This document shows, in pieces, positions 18,013 through 30,189 of a DNA stretch of 32,621 nucleotides (position 1 is the first letter of the stretch; every line of letters starts with the position of its first letter). The notes under the pieces are model-generated. The model was not told where the DNA came from and searched no databases. It saw nothing but the letters and a program-made list of their open reading frames with translations. The DNA is from Anaerolineae bacterium (GTDB lineage: Bacteria > Chloroflexota > Anaerolineae > S140-20). The DNA is taken from contig JALUTT010000105.1 in NCBI GenBank assembly GCA_027021705.1, forward strand, positions 1-32,621. Reading direction: 5' to 3'. The position numbers were made by a program, and so were the translations under genes.

Positions 18013-18168
18013 TGGTCGGTTGGTCGGGTGGTCGCTTGGTCGGGTGGTCCTTGCCTCTTGCCCCTTGCCCCTTGTCCCTTGCCTCTTGCCCCTTGTCCCT
18101 TGCCCCTTGTCCCTTGCTCCTTGCCCCTTGCTCCTTGTCCCCTGCCCCCTGCCCCTTGCCCCTTGCCC
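18013..18168. repeat. Octamer array TGGTCGnn (about 4.5 units) fused to heptamer array CTTGCCC (17 units)
   Basis: Octamers at 18013-18049; heptamers C(T/C)TG(C/T)(C/T)(C/T) at 18050-18168. Confidence 0.95.
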
Positions 18169-18223
18169 CTCAATCCTCAGCCCGCTGCCACGTCGCCAGG
18201 CCGCTAGGCCGCTTGAAGGGAAG

Positions 18224-19905
<1,682 letters not shown>

Positions 19906-19909
<4 letters not shown>

Positions 19910-20043
19910 CGGGTTCTCCGGGTCGGTGGGTTGGATTTACGGAATCGGTCGAACCGGTGGATGCGCCAGCCCGTGGGCGTGCGTTCGATCCCCCAGCGTT
20001 CGCGGGTCCGGGCGGCCAACTCCTCGATCTCTTCCCAATCGGT
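19906..20043 (-). pseudogene. Start-less 45-codon gene remnant between BCCP and the mutase
   Basis: TDWEEIEELAARTRERWGIERTPTGWRIHRFDRF...TR*. It is in frame right after the BCCP TAA, and its TGA overlaps the mutase ATG (ATGA). Confidence 0.45.
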
Positions 20044-20537
20044 TTATACCAAGACCACTAAGGTTGCGTGCTGGTCTACGTTCTGGCCGGCTTCGACCCG
20101 GACCCGCTGGACGGTGCCGTCCCGAGGGGCTTTCAGCTCGTTTTCCATCTTCATAGACTCCAGGATGACGACGGTCTCGCCGGCCTTGACCTCCTGGCCC
20201 TCGACGACGGGGACGGCGACGACGAGGCCGGGCATCGGGGCCGTGATGGCGACCTCGCCGGTGGGGGGGGCGAAGCCTCCGGTCGCCTGGGCCAGCCGGA
20301 TGGCCCGCTCGTCCTGGACCTGTACTTCGTATAGCCGTCCACGCAGCAGGACCCGATAGGTCCCTTTCTCCTCCTCGACGAAGACCTCGTAGGAGTGGTG
20401 GTCCATCAGCAGGGAGTAAAGGGAGGTCTCCCCGATGCTGCGGAAATCCACCTGGTGCGGGGTTCCATCCACGATGACCTGGCCGTCCCTGCCGATCTCG
20501 ATGGTGTAGCGCTGGTCTCCCACTGTGGCAATGTACT

Positions 20538-20541
<4 letters not shown>
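20044..20541 (-). CDS. Biotin carboxyl carrier protein (with N-terminal BT-like domain)
   Basis: ITAPMPG...ILESMKMENELKAPRDG biotinylation motif. ATG 20541 overlaps the accC stop. Confidence 0.9.
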
Positions 20542-22031
<1,490 letters not shown>

Positions 22032-22045
22032 CCGTTTCCCGTCCT

Positions 22046-22513
22046 TTACCGCTTGTGGGGGCCTGTAATCACGGCACCTCGATAACCAAATTCCGCCCAC
22101 GCCGCCAGGAATCCGTCCCAGGATACGCTTACAGGTCCTCTTGGCTGTGCCGGATCATAGATCCAGACATGATCTCCCTGGGCGATGCCAACTACAACGA
22201 CGGCATGGGCTACGTCTCGTCTCCAGTGGTCGAGAAATCCGGTGCGCACGAAGGTGATGACTGGGCATCCAGAGGCCAGAGCATCGGATAGCTTGGATAG
22301 TGACCACTCCTGATAGAGGACCTCAAGCCCCCATTGCGTGAGCTGGCGAATGGCAAAGCTGGGTGTGCCAAAGGCTTGCGTACCAAGCAGATGGCTGATT
22401 TCGGCCTCGGAACGCTCGACTTGCAGGTAGGCTAACACCATGCGGACGCAGGCTGGCAGACAGTACCCATCGGTTGATTGCTGGAAGTGGGGTATGGGAA
22501 GAGGACGGCTCAT
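22046..22513 (-). CDS. Stand-alone C39-like (papain-fold) cysteine peptidase
   Basis: IPHFQQSTDGYCLPAC (oxyanion Q, catalytic C), HAVVVVG (H), IYDP (D); no signal peptide and no ABC-transporter domain. Confidence 0.8.
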   Translation of the reverse strand: MSRPLPIPHFQQSTDGYCLPACVRMVLAYLQVERSEAEISHLLGTQAFGTPSFAIRQLTQWGLEVLYQEWSLSKLSDALASGCPVITFVRTGFLDHWRRDVAHAVVVVGIAQGDHVWIYDPAQPRGPVSVSWDGFLAAWAEFGYRGAVITGPHKR

Positions 22514-22911
22514 GGCTCTTGATGGGCCTGTCTGGCAAGACGTCGTGCCTGCTCGGTTATCCGGCTCAGTAACCCCTCATCATAGCGGACTTCCCCGTAC
22601 TGGGCGTCCACCTCTATCTCCCCCACCCGTCCTACTCGTCCCAGCGAGGGCAGGGTCAGATCCACGGGCACACGCCATATCCAGCACCCATTGGCATCTT
22701 GGCGCAATTCAGGCTCTCCAGCCAGGAGCAGGTTGCTGACCTGCTCCAGCATCAGCACGTTGACCTTCTGCCGGGCGATGAAGGCCGAAATGCGCACCGC
22801 CGGGTCCAAACCGGCTGCTCGTAGGCGTGCTTCCAGCCACTCTACAAAATCTTGGGCCACAACTTCTCCCCAGGCCCGCCGGACGGAGGGAGGCAGAACT
22901 CCTTTACGCAC
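22510..22911 (-). CDS. Uncharacterised protein with PepSY-like C-terminal pattern
   Basis: Strong RBS AAGGAGG before GTG; WRVPV...VGEIEVDAQYGEV; ATGA overlap with the peptidase gene. Confidence 0.65.
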   Translation of the reverse strand: MRKGVLPPSVRRAWGEVVAQDFVEWLEARLRAAGLDPAVRISAFIARQKVNVLMLEQVSNLLLAGEPELRQDANGCWIWRVPVDLTLPSLGRVGRVGEIEVDAQYGEVRYDEGLLSRITEQARRLARQAHQEP

Positions 22912-22958
22912 GGTTTGACCTCCTTAAGCCAATACTCTGGTATTGTCCGGCTCGGCGA

Positions 22959-25613
22959 CTATCTCTCGATCTCCACGGTGCCCCGGCTTCCGTCTACTCG
23001 CAACCGCTGACCGTCCCGAAAGAGGCGGGTGGCGCCGGGGACGTGGAGGACGGCCGGGATGCCGTACTCGCGGGCCACGACGGCTCCGTGGGAAAGCAGC
23101 CCCCCTTCTTCGATGACCAGCCCGGCCACCAGGCTGAAGAGGGGCAGCCAGCCGGGGTTGGTGTAGGGGGCGACCAGGATGTCGCCGGGCTGCACCTTGT
23201 GGGCCTGGCTCAGGTCGGTGACGATGCGGGCCGGCCCCACGGCCACGCCGGGGCTGCAGGGCACGCCGGTGTACCGGGCCTGGCCCGGTCGGGCCTCGTG
23301 GACCTGCACCCGCACGTCGGCCCCCATCACCCCCGGCGGCTGGAAGTTGCGGTAGCAGGTCCTGAGCCGCCGGTAGGCCTCGATGCTCTCGCGGGCAGCC
23401 TGGGGTGAGAGCCGTCCAGCCAGGCCGTCCAGAACCTGCTCCCGGGTGAGTAGGAAGACCTCCTCGGGCCGTTCGATGAGCCCCCGATGGGCCCACCGCC
23501 GTCCTAATTCTACCAGAAATCGGCGAGTTTGGTAGAAGGCGCGGGAGGCGATCTCCCGGGTCTCCTCCCGCCACCAGATGTACCGCTGGACCAGGGCCAG
23601 TTGGCCGAAGAACTGGCGGCGTCGGAAGGGGAGGAGCCGCCCCAGCACCCCCCGTGAGAGGAGACGGGCGGCCCGTGCCTCTTCCTCCTCCCGGATCGCC
23701 GTCTGCTGGGCCCAGCGGGGATGGCGGGCGTGGGCCTCGTCCCCCAGCAGGAACTGGCGCAGGAGGGTGAGGGGGTAGGTGGGGTCCTCGTCCCAGCGGG
23801 GCAGGGAGAGGTCTTCGTCGTTGGCCGCCATGTAGCGGAATTCGCCCAGGAAGGCTTGGAGGGCTTGGTAGAAGGGTTGGGCTTCGGGCTGGACGGCCAG
23901 CCGGTCCAGCACCCGGTCCGGGGGGGCCTCGGCGAAGGTCTGGACGACGGCGGGCTCCCGGCGGCCTGCCTGGGCCAGCTCCCAGAGCCGCTCGATGGGG
24001 CGACCGGTGCGCACGTCGGAGAGGCCGGTGAGCAGCCGGCCCTCGGAGATGGGCTCCTCGTCGGGGGGAAGCGAGGCGTTGAGGGCCTCCAGCATCGGGC
24101 GGAAGTCGTCCTGGGCCTGGACGGAGAGGTAGGTGGTGATGAGGGCCACCCGGTTGGCCTCCCAGTGCAGGGCGATGACCTGCCGCACCCGCTCGGCCAG
24201 AGCCTCGTCGTCCAGGGCGGAGGGGTCCACGGCGTCCCAGGCCGGCTCGATCTCCTCTCGGAAGCGGCGGCAGTAGGCGTCGGCCTCCCGCCACCAGGTG
24301 CGGAAGGCGCGGTTGAGCCGCAGCAGGATGGGCAGGCCCCGCAGGATGGTGCGGGGGGTGAAGGGGACGACCAGCCCATCGCCTTCGTAGGCGGGTTCGA
24401 TGCCCACCGTGTGGTCGAACTCCCGCTCCTTGAAGCCGGGCAGCCGCTGAAGCAACTCCTTGAGCCGGTCCACCCGCCAGTAGACGCGACCGAAGAAGAG
24501 CCGCCCTTCGGTCACCGCCATCCCCGGCGGGGCGATCCCCATCTGGGCCAGGAACTCGTTCAGGCTGCGGACGTACTCGTAGGCGACGCTGATGGAGAAG
24601 GAGAGAGGGCTGACGAAGCCGGGCATCACCTCCTCGAAGTTGGCCGAGGTCCAGATGCCCTCCTCGGGGGCGAAGGTGATGGCCGTCAGGGGGCGGCTCT
24701 GGAGGATGTGGAACTGCCCATCGTGCCAGGCCCATTCCACGTCCTGGGGGGCCCCGTAGTGGGCCTGGATCCGGTAGCCCAGTTCGACCAGGGTGAGCAC
24801 CTGCTCATCGTCCAGGGTCGGGGCCAAGCGCCGGTCCTCGGGCACGGGGAGGGCGGCGGTACCTCCATCCACGGGCACCACCATCACCTTCTTGTCCACG
24901 ATCTCCCGGCGGAGGATGCGGCGGCGCTGCCAGTCCACGACGTAGCGGTCGGGCGTCACCCTGCCGCTGACCAGCCCCTCGCCCAACCCCCAGGCCGCTT
25001 CGACGACCATCTCGTTCTCCCGCCCGTTGAGGGGGTTCAAGGTGAAGAGGACGCCGGAGGCCTGGGCCGGCACCTGGGGCTGGAGCAGGACGGCCATAGC
25101 CAGGTCGGTGGGGGCGATCCCCCGCTCGCGACGGTAGGCGACGGCGTGGCCGTTCCAGAGGGAGGCCCAGCAGGCCCGCACGGCGTCGGCCAGCTCCTCC
25201 AGGGAGCGGACGTTCAGATAGGTCTCGTACTGGCCGGCGAAGGAGGCGGTGGCGAGGTCCTCGGCAGTAGCCGAGGAGCGGACGACCAGGGCCTTGTGGG
25301 AGGAGAGAGCTTGATAGGCTTCTTCCAGCGCCTCCATCACGGGCGAAGGTAGGGGATGCCGGCGGATGGCCCGCTGGAGGTCGTCCACCGTCTCCTCAAA
25401 GCGGGGAGAGGTCGGTTCCAGGGCCGTGGCGAGGGTGGTCAGATGGCGGCTGAGCTTGGCCTCTTGCAGGGCCAGGCGATAGGCTTCCGCCGTCAGGACG
25501 AGGCCGGGGGGCACGAGGAAGCCGGCCTGGGCCAGTTCGGCCAGCCGCAGCGCCTTTCCACCCACCCGGGGGGCGTCTTCCGCCGTCACCTGAGAGAGGT
25601 CCAGGAGGTACAT
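22959..25613 (-). CDS. PEP-utilizing/dikinase-family enzyme with rifampicin phosphotransferase/PigC-like domain order
   Basis: N-terminal ATP-grasp (VGGKA, VRSSATAED, SFAGQYET, PQDVEW, LQSRPLT), large central substrate domain, C-terminal phospho-His domain GGLLSHGAVVAREYGIPAV. Confidence 0.85.
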   Translation of the reverse strand: MYLLDLSQVTAEDAPRVGGKALRLAELAQAGFLVPPGLVLTAEAYRLALQEAKLSRHLTTLATALEPTSPRFEETVDDLQRAIRRHPLPSPVMEALEEAYQALSSHKALVVRSSATAEDLATASFAGQYETYLNVRSLEELADAVRACWASLWNGHAVAYRRERGIAPTDLAMAVLLQPQVPAQASGVLFTLNPLNGRENEMVVEAAWGLGEGLVSGRVTPDRYVVDWQRRRILRREIVDKKVMVVPVDGGTAALPVPEDRRLAPTLDDEQVLTLVELGYRIQAHYGAPQDVEWAWHDGQFHILQSRPLTAITFAPEEGIWTSANFEEVMPGFVSPLSFSISVAYEYVRSLNEFLAQMGIAPPGMAVTEGRLFFGRVYWRVDRLKELLQRLPGFKEREFDHTVGIEPAYEGDGLVVPFTPRTILRGLPILLRLNRAFRTWWREADAYCRRFREEIEPAWDAVDPSALDDEALAERVRQVIALHWEANRVALITTYLSVQAQDDFRPMLEALNASLPPDEEPISEGRLLTGLSDVRTGRPIERLWELAQAGRREPAVVQTFAEAPPDRVLDRLAVQPEAQPFYQALQAFLGEFRYMAANDEDLSLPRWDEDPTYPLTLLRQFLLGDEAHARHPRWAQQTAIREEEEARAARLLSRGVLGRLLPFRRRQFFGQLALVQRYIWWREETREIASRAFYQTRRFLVELGRRWAHRGLIERPEEVFLLTREQVLDGLAGRLSPQAARESIEAYRRLRTCYRNFQPPGVMGADVRVQVHEARPGQARYTGVPCSPGVAVGPARIVTDLSQAHKVQPGDILVAPYTNPGWLPLFSLVAGLVIEEGGLLSHGAVVAREYGIPAVLHVPGATRLFRDGQRLRVDGSRGTVEIER

Positions 25614-25637
25614 CGGGGGTCCTCTTGCATCTCAGTT

Positions 25638-25759
25638 GTATCTATTCAGCCTACCCTCCCGCAGGTCACCAGTCGAGGGCGCTTTCAGCCCCGATGGGCT
25701 ATTGGAAGCACAGTTTCGCGTCGGAAACGCGCTTAACCTGCGGGAGGGTGAACGGTTAC
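25638..25759 (-). mobile_element. 122-bp MITE-like element, copy 3 (best-preserved ends)
   Basis: Ends GTAACCGTTCACCC...GGCTGAATAGATAC (imperfect TIR). Flanks TCTCAGTT/TCTCGGCT match 6 of 8. Confidence 0.85.
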
Positions 25760-25794
25760 TCTCGGCTTCACGGGTTGCGTGGTGCGTATGAAGG

Positions 25795-27036
25795 TTACGC
25801 CAGGGTTGCGCAAGCTCGGTCTAGGGCGGCCAGCACCATCTCCACCCCCTCCGGCTGGATGATGAGGGGCGGGAGGATGAGCATTGTGGCGGGGAAGTTG
25901 TTGGCGAAGTTGGCGATGACGCCTTGGCGGGCCAGGGCAGCGGTGAAGCGCATGCCGTAGGAGTCGTCGGGCAGCTCCAGGCCGATGAAGAGCCCCCGCT
26001 GGCGGATGTCGCGCACCAGGTCGGGGTAGCGGCGCTGGAGCCGGGCCAGCCCGTCGGCGAACTGGGCGGCCATCGCCTGCACGTGCTCCAGGAAGCCGGG
26101 CTCGGTGATCTGGTCCAGCATCGCCATGGCCGCGACGCAGCCCAGGTCGGCCCCGCCGAAGGTGGAGAGGTGGCTGAAGGGTTCCCGCTCGAAGAAGTCG
26201 TTGAGATGGGGGCGGTAGCAGGTGGCGGCCATGGGGTAGACGCCGCCGCTGAGCCCCTTGCCCATCACCAGGATGTCGGGCACGACCTCCCACTCCTCGA
26301 TGGCCCACATCCGCCCGGTCCGGCCCAGCCCTGTCTGCACCTCGTCGAGGATGAGCTGGGCGCCCCGCTCGTCGCACAGTTGGCGCAGGCGGGGATAGTA
26401 GTCGTCGGGGGGGATGAGGACGCCGCCGACGGCGGGGATGGTCTCCAGGATGACGGCGGCCGTCTGGTCGTCCACCATCTCCTCCATCGCGGCGATGTCG
26501 CCGAAGGGGACGTTGTAGAAGCCGGGGGGGATGGGGCCGAACTTGCTCTTGAAGAAGTCGCTGCCGGCGGCGAGGGCGAAGCCGGTGTGGCCGTGGTAGC
26601 CCCGGCGGGCGGAGATGATCTTGGGCCGCCCGGTGTAGGCGCGGGCCAGCTTGATGGCGATGTCAATGGCCTCGGCGCCGCCGGAGGCGAAGGTGGTGTA
26701 CTGGATGTCGCCCGGCGTCAGGTCGGCCAGCCGGTGGGCCAAGGCGGCCCGCTGCTCGCTCATCAGCAGGTGGTCGCCCACGTCGAGCTCGTCCAGGGCT
26801 GCCTTGACGGCGGCGACGACGCGAGGGGGCCGGTGGCCCAGGTTGAAGACACCGCCGCTGGTGCGGCAGTTGATGTAGCGGTTCCCCTCCAGGTCGTAGA
26901 GGTAGATGCCCTCCCGTCGTCCCGGCACGATGGCGGCGTCCAGGGCTTTGTAGACGGCCACGCGGCCCGAGGAGACGTAGGTCGCGAACTCTTCGATAAC
27001 CTCCGCTTGAGGCTTGCGTCCGATGAAACGGGACAT
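25795..27036 (-). CDS. Class III PLP aminotransferase (putrescine/ornithine/PigE-like)
   Basis: SGGAEAID, GYHGHT, LILDEVQTGLGRTG, PLP lysine in MGKGLSGG, STFGG. Confidence 0.9.
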   Translation of the reverse strand: MSRFIGRKPQAEVIEEFATYVSSGRVAVYKALDAAIVPGRREGIYLYDLEGNRYINCRTSGGVFNLGHRPPRVVAAVKAALDELDVGDHLLMSEQRAALAHRLADLTPGDIQYTTFASGGAEAIDIAIKLARAYTGRPKIISARRGYHGHTGFALAAGSDFFKSKFGPIPPGFYNVPFGDIAAMEEMVDDQTAAVILETIPAVGGVLIPPDDYYPRLRQLCDERGAQLILDEVQTGLGRTGRMWAIEEWEVVPDILVMGKGLSGGVYPMAATCYRPHLNDFFEREPFSHLSTFGGADLGCVAAMAMLDQITEPGFLEHVQAMAAQFADGLARLQRRYPDLVRDIRQRGLFIGLELPDDSYGMRFTAALARQGVIANFANNFPATMLILPPLIIQPEGVEMVLAALDRACATLA

Positions 27037-27075
27037 CAGGACCTCCTGGTCAGGGTGGTGGTGGGAATCGGTGTC

Positions 27076-27357
27076 CTACCGTGATGCCGATGCGACAGGA
27101 CGCTCCAGAATGGTGATTTGGACCTGGTATCCCAGTCGTGAGAGGAAGGATTCACAGTCTTCCCAGGTGATCCCAAAGGCTCTCACGTCTGCCAGGCCGA
27201 GGCGGCTGACAATATCCCGTAGTGTCTCGAAGTCTTGTTCCTCGAAGTCTCCTTCCATCATCACCTGCTCTGCCCAATCTACAAGCTCTTCCAAAGTGAT
27301 ACGATGGAGGAGATAGTCCTTCAGTTTCTCGGCTACTTCTCGTCGGGTAATCTTCAT
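27076..27357 (-). CDS. Small acidic helical protein, candidate immunity/antitoxin
   Basis: 93 aa, D/E rich, ITLEELVDWAE pattern; GGAGG RBS; ATGA overlap with the upstream gene; lower GC than flanks. Confidence 0.7.
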   Translation of the reverse strand: MKITRREVAEKLKDYLLHRITLEELVDWAEQVMMEGDFEEQDFETLRDIVSRLGLADVRAFGITWEDCESFLSRLGYQVQITILERPVASASR

Positions 27358-27614
27358 TGTTCCCCTCCTTGGAGCTTGATGTGCCCCTTGTCCACCGGAT
27401 ATTTCTCGTGTATTTCCACCAAATGGCCTTCTTCATCGTAGATTTCCTGATAGAACCGGATGGTTTGCTCAGAAGCGTCTACCTCTTTGACATAACGGGC
27501 CTTCCAACCTCGAAGGCCGAGGACTTCGTAGAAGTAGCGGCGTCCTCCGTTAGGCAGCTCCTCCCACGATCCGAATTTCTTCTCGTTCCTCCTGCGTTTG
27601 CGTTCGATGTCCAT
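27354..27614 (-). CDS. Small beta-rich protein, candidate ribonuclease toxin
   Basis: 86 aa from ATG 27614 (GAGGAG RBS); LPNGGRRYF...RYVKEVD...QEIYDEEGHLVEIHEKYP. Confidence 0.7.
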   Translation of the reverse strand: MDIERKRRRNEKKFGSWEELPNGGRRYFYEVLGLRGWKARYVKEVDASEQTIRFYQEIYDEEGHLVEIHEKYPVDKGHIKLQGGEQ

Positions 27615-27657
27615 GCTTGGGCTCCTCGGACCGCTCACCGACGCCTACGATTACAAA

Positions 27658-29208
27658 CTACAGAGGAATGTTCCCATGCTTCTTGGGCGGGTTGCTGTCC
27701 CGCTTGTTCTGGAGCATCTCCAGCCCGTTGATGAGGCGGGGCCGGGTCTCGTGGGGCTCGATGACGTCGTCAATGTACCCCCGGCCGGCGGCGATGTAGG
27801 GGTGGGCGAACTGCTCCCGGTACTGCTGCACCAGCTCCCGCCGCTTCGCCTCCGGGTCCTCGGCCTCGGCGAGCTCCCGACGGAAGATGATGTTGACCGC
27901 CCCCTCCGGCCCCATCACGGCGATCTCGGCCGAGGGCCAGGCCAGGTTCAGGTCGCCCCGGATGTGCTTGCTGCTCATCACGTCGTAAGCGCCTCCGTAG
28001 GCTTTGCGGGTGATGACGGTCAGCTTGGGCACGGTCGCCTCACAGTAGGCGTAGAGGAGCTTGGCCCCGTGGCGGATGATCCCGCCGTGCTCCTGGCCGA
28101 CGCCGGGGAGGAAGCCGGGCACGTCTACGAAGGTGATGATGGGGATGTTGAAGGCGTCGCAGAAGCGGACGAAGCGGGCGGCCTTGACCGAGGCGTCAAT
28201 GTCCAGGACGCCGGCCAGCACGGCCGGCTGGTTGCCCACGATCCCCACGCTGTGCCCGCCCAGTCGGGCGAAGCCGACGACGATGTTCTGGGCGTAGTGC
28301 TCGTGGATCTCGAAGAACTTCCCTTCATCTACGATTAGCCGGATCACCTCTTTCATATCGTAGGGCTTGCTGGGGTCGTCAGGAACGATGGTGTCCAGCT
28401 GCTCCTCGGTGCGGAGGGGGTCGTCGGTGGTGGGGACGAAGGGGGGGTCCTCCATGTTGTTGCTGGGTATGTAGCTGAGCAGTTCCCGAACCAGGAAGAG
28501 GGCGTCGGCCTCGCTCTCGGCGGCGATGTGGGAGACGCCGCTCTTGGTGTTGTGGGTCATTGCGCCGCCCAGCTCCTCGAAAGTGACCTCCTCGTGGGTG
28601 ACCGCCTTCACCACATCGGGGCCGGTGATGAACATGTAGCTGGTGTTCTTGACCATAATGATGAAGTCGGTGAGGGCGGGCGAGTAGACGGCCCCGCCGG
28701 CGCACGGTCCCATGACGACGCTGATCTGGGGGACGACGCCGGAGGCCAGGGTGTTGCGCAGGAAGATGTCGGCGTAGCCTCCCAGGCTGACGACACCCTC
28801 CTGGATGCGGGCACCGCCGGAGTCGTTGAGCCCGATGACGGGAGCGCCGTTCTTCAGCGCCATGTCCATAATCTTGCAGACCTTCTCGGCGTGGACCTCG
28901 CTGAGGCTGCCCCCGAAGACGGTGAAGTCCTGGGAGAAGACGTAGACCAGCCGTCCGTCAATGGTCCCCCAACCGGTGACGACGCTGTCGCCCAAGTACT
29001 TCTTCTTGTCCATCCCGAAGGCCGTTTCCCGGTGGACGACGAACATGTCGAGTTCGCGGAAGCTGCCCTTGTCCAACAGCAGGTCAATCCGCTCACGGGC
29101 GGTGAGTTTGCCTTTGGCGTGCTGCCGCTTGATGCGCTCCGGGCCGCCCCCCAGGCGGGCCTTCTCCCGGAGTTCCCGCAGCCGTTGAATTTTCGGATCC
29201 AGGCTCAT
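27658..29208 (-). CDS. pccB: Acyl-CoA carboxylase carboxyltransferase (PccB/MmdA-type)
   Basis: [43 protein letters not shown]-terminal KKHGNIPL. Confidence 0.92.
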   Translation of the reverse strand: MSLDPKIQRLRELREKARLGGGPERIKRQHAKGKLTARERIDLLLDKGSFRELDMFVVHRETAFGMDKKKYLGDSVVTGWGTIDGRLVYVFSQDFTVFGGSLSEVHAEKVCKIMDMALKNGAPVIGLNDSGGARIQEGVVSLGGYADIFLRNTLASGVVPQISVVMGPCAGGAVYSPALTDFIIMVKNTSYMFITGPDVVKAVTHEEVTFEELGGAMTHNTKSGVSHIAAESEADALFLVRELLSYIPSNNMEDPPFVPTTDDPLRTEEQLDTIVPDDPSKPYDMKEVIRLIVDEGKFFEIHEHYAQNIVVGFARLGGHSVGIVGNQPAVLAGVLDIDASVKAARFVRFCDAFNIPIITFVDVPGFLPGVGQEHGGIIRHGAKLLYAYCEATVPKLTVITRKAYGGAYDVMSSKHIRGDLNLAWPSAEIAVMGPEGAVNIIFRRELAEAEDPEAKRRELVQQYREQFAHPYIAAGRGYIDDVIEPHETRPRLINGLEMLQNKRDSNPPKKHGNIPL

Positions 29209-29678
29209 TGTCTGCTCCCACTGGTAATGGCTTGATCAAGAAGGGGTGCCCGTTTTTCTGACGACGTGCTTCCCCGCAGGAGCCAGAGAGCTCCCGCGAT
29301 CACCAGGACGGAGTTGAGGGCGGCCAGGGGCCAGCGCTGGCGGGCGGCCTCGCTCTGGTCGAAGACCAGGTGGTTGATCCAGATGTGCAGGTGGTAGAGG
29401 CCGATGAGCAGCAACGTGAGCCGCCGCCCCCGGGGCCAAGCGCGCCAGAGCACCAGCCCTAGGCCCAGGAAAAGCCCTCCCCAGACGAGGCTGCTTCCCA
29501 TCAACAGCCAGGGGGAGAGGGCGAAGGGAAGCTCTGGCAACGTGCGGGCCTGATGAAAGGCCAGGCCCGCACGGATGAGGTTCACACCTCCTCCTAGGAA
29601 GAACACCAATAGGGCGAGGATCGTTACGCGCCGACGGCGGGAGGAGGGAGACGGTTGGGCGTCCCGGGGAGGCATCAC
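29205..29678 (-). CDS. Hypothetical membrane protein, about 4 TM helices
   Basis: Four hydrophobic segments; 4-bp overlaps with both neighbours. Confidence 0.65.
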   Translation of the reverse strand: MMPPRDAQPSPSSRRRRVTILALLVFFLGGGVNLIRAGLAFHQARTLPELPFALSPWLLMGSSLVWGGLFLGLGLVLWRAWPRGRRLTLLLIGLYHLHIWINHLVFDQSEAARQRWPLAALNSVLVIAGALWLLRGSTSSEKRAPLLDQAITSGSRQ

Positions 29679-30127
29679 AAGGTCTTCAACAGGGCCACAC
29701 GGGTGTTGCGCAGCCGGCTGCTGATCACCTCAGCGATCTGCCGGAAGATGCGGAATCCCATCTCCGGGTTCTCTTCTAAGAGGCGCATGCAGGCATCCCC
29801 TTCGATGGACAGCAGGCGGCTGTCGGCTTGGCAGATGGCCGTGGCCGTGTAGTGGCGGGGAGCGACCAGTCCCGACCACCCCACCACCTGCCCGGGCTGG
29901 TTGATCACCCCGACGGTGATGCTCTCCGGCCGCGAGGTAAGCTGCACCTGAATGGTCACCACCCCTTCCAGAAGGATGTACATCTTTTTGGCCGTCTCGC
30001 CTTCGCGAAAGAGGATCTCCCCTCGGTGACAGGTCACCTCCTGACAGAGGCCGGTAAGAGCCTCCAGGTCTTCTTGGGGGAGACCTTCGAAGAGGCTGAG
30101 GCGGGAGAGGGTCTCGGTCGTTACCAT
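29675..30127 (-). CDS. Stand-alone cyclic-nucleotide-binding (CNB) domain protein
   Basis: LFEGL..LFREGETAKKMYILLEGVV..PGQVVGWSGL..YTATAIC; no HTH; GGAGG RBS. The true start is about 30127-30130, not 30553. Confidence 0.8.
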   Translation of the reverse strand: MVTTETLSRLSLFEGLPQEDLEALTGLCQEVTCHRGEILFREGETAKKMYILLEGVVTIQVQLTSRPESITVGVINQPGQVVGWSGLVAPRHYTATAICQADSRLLSIEGDACMRLLEENPEMGFRIFRQIAEVISSRLRNTRVALLKTL

Positions 30128-30189
30128 CATTTCACCTCCCAACGGTGTGCAGCAACGAATAAGGTCAGAGACGTCCTGGTCCACCGGGC

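Noticed and set aside
17219..18168. Tandem repeats as a CRISPR array
   Set aside because: Units are 7-8 bp and contiguous, with no unique spacers and no cas genes.
19910..20043. Cobalamin riboswitch upstream of either mutase
   Set aside because: No B12-box or conserved core seen here or at 10346-10449.
22959..25613. Calling this gene rifampicin phosphotransferase (rph) or PEP synthase (ppsA)
   Set aside because: The domain order excludes PpsA, and rifamycin-specific residues or an upstream RAE element cannot be confirmed by eye.
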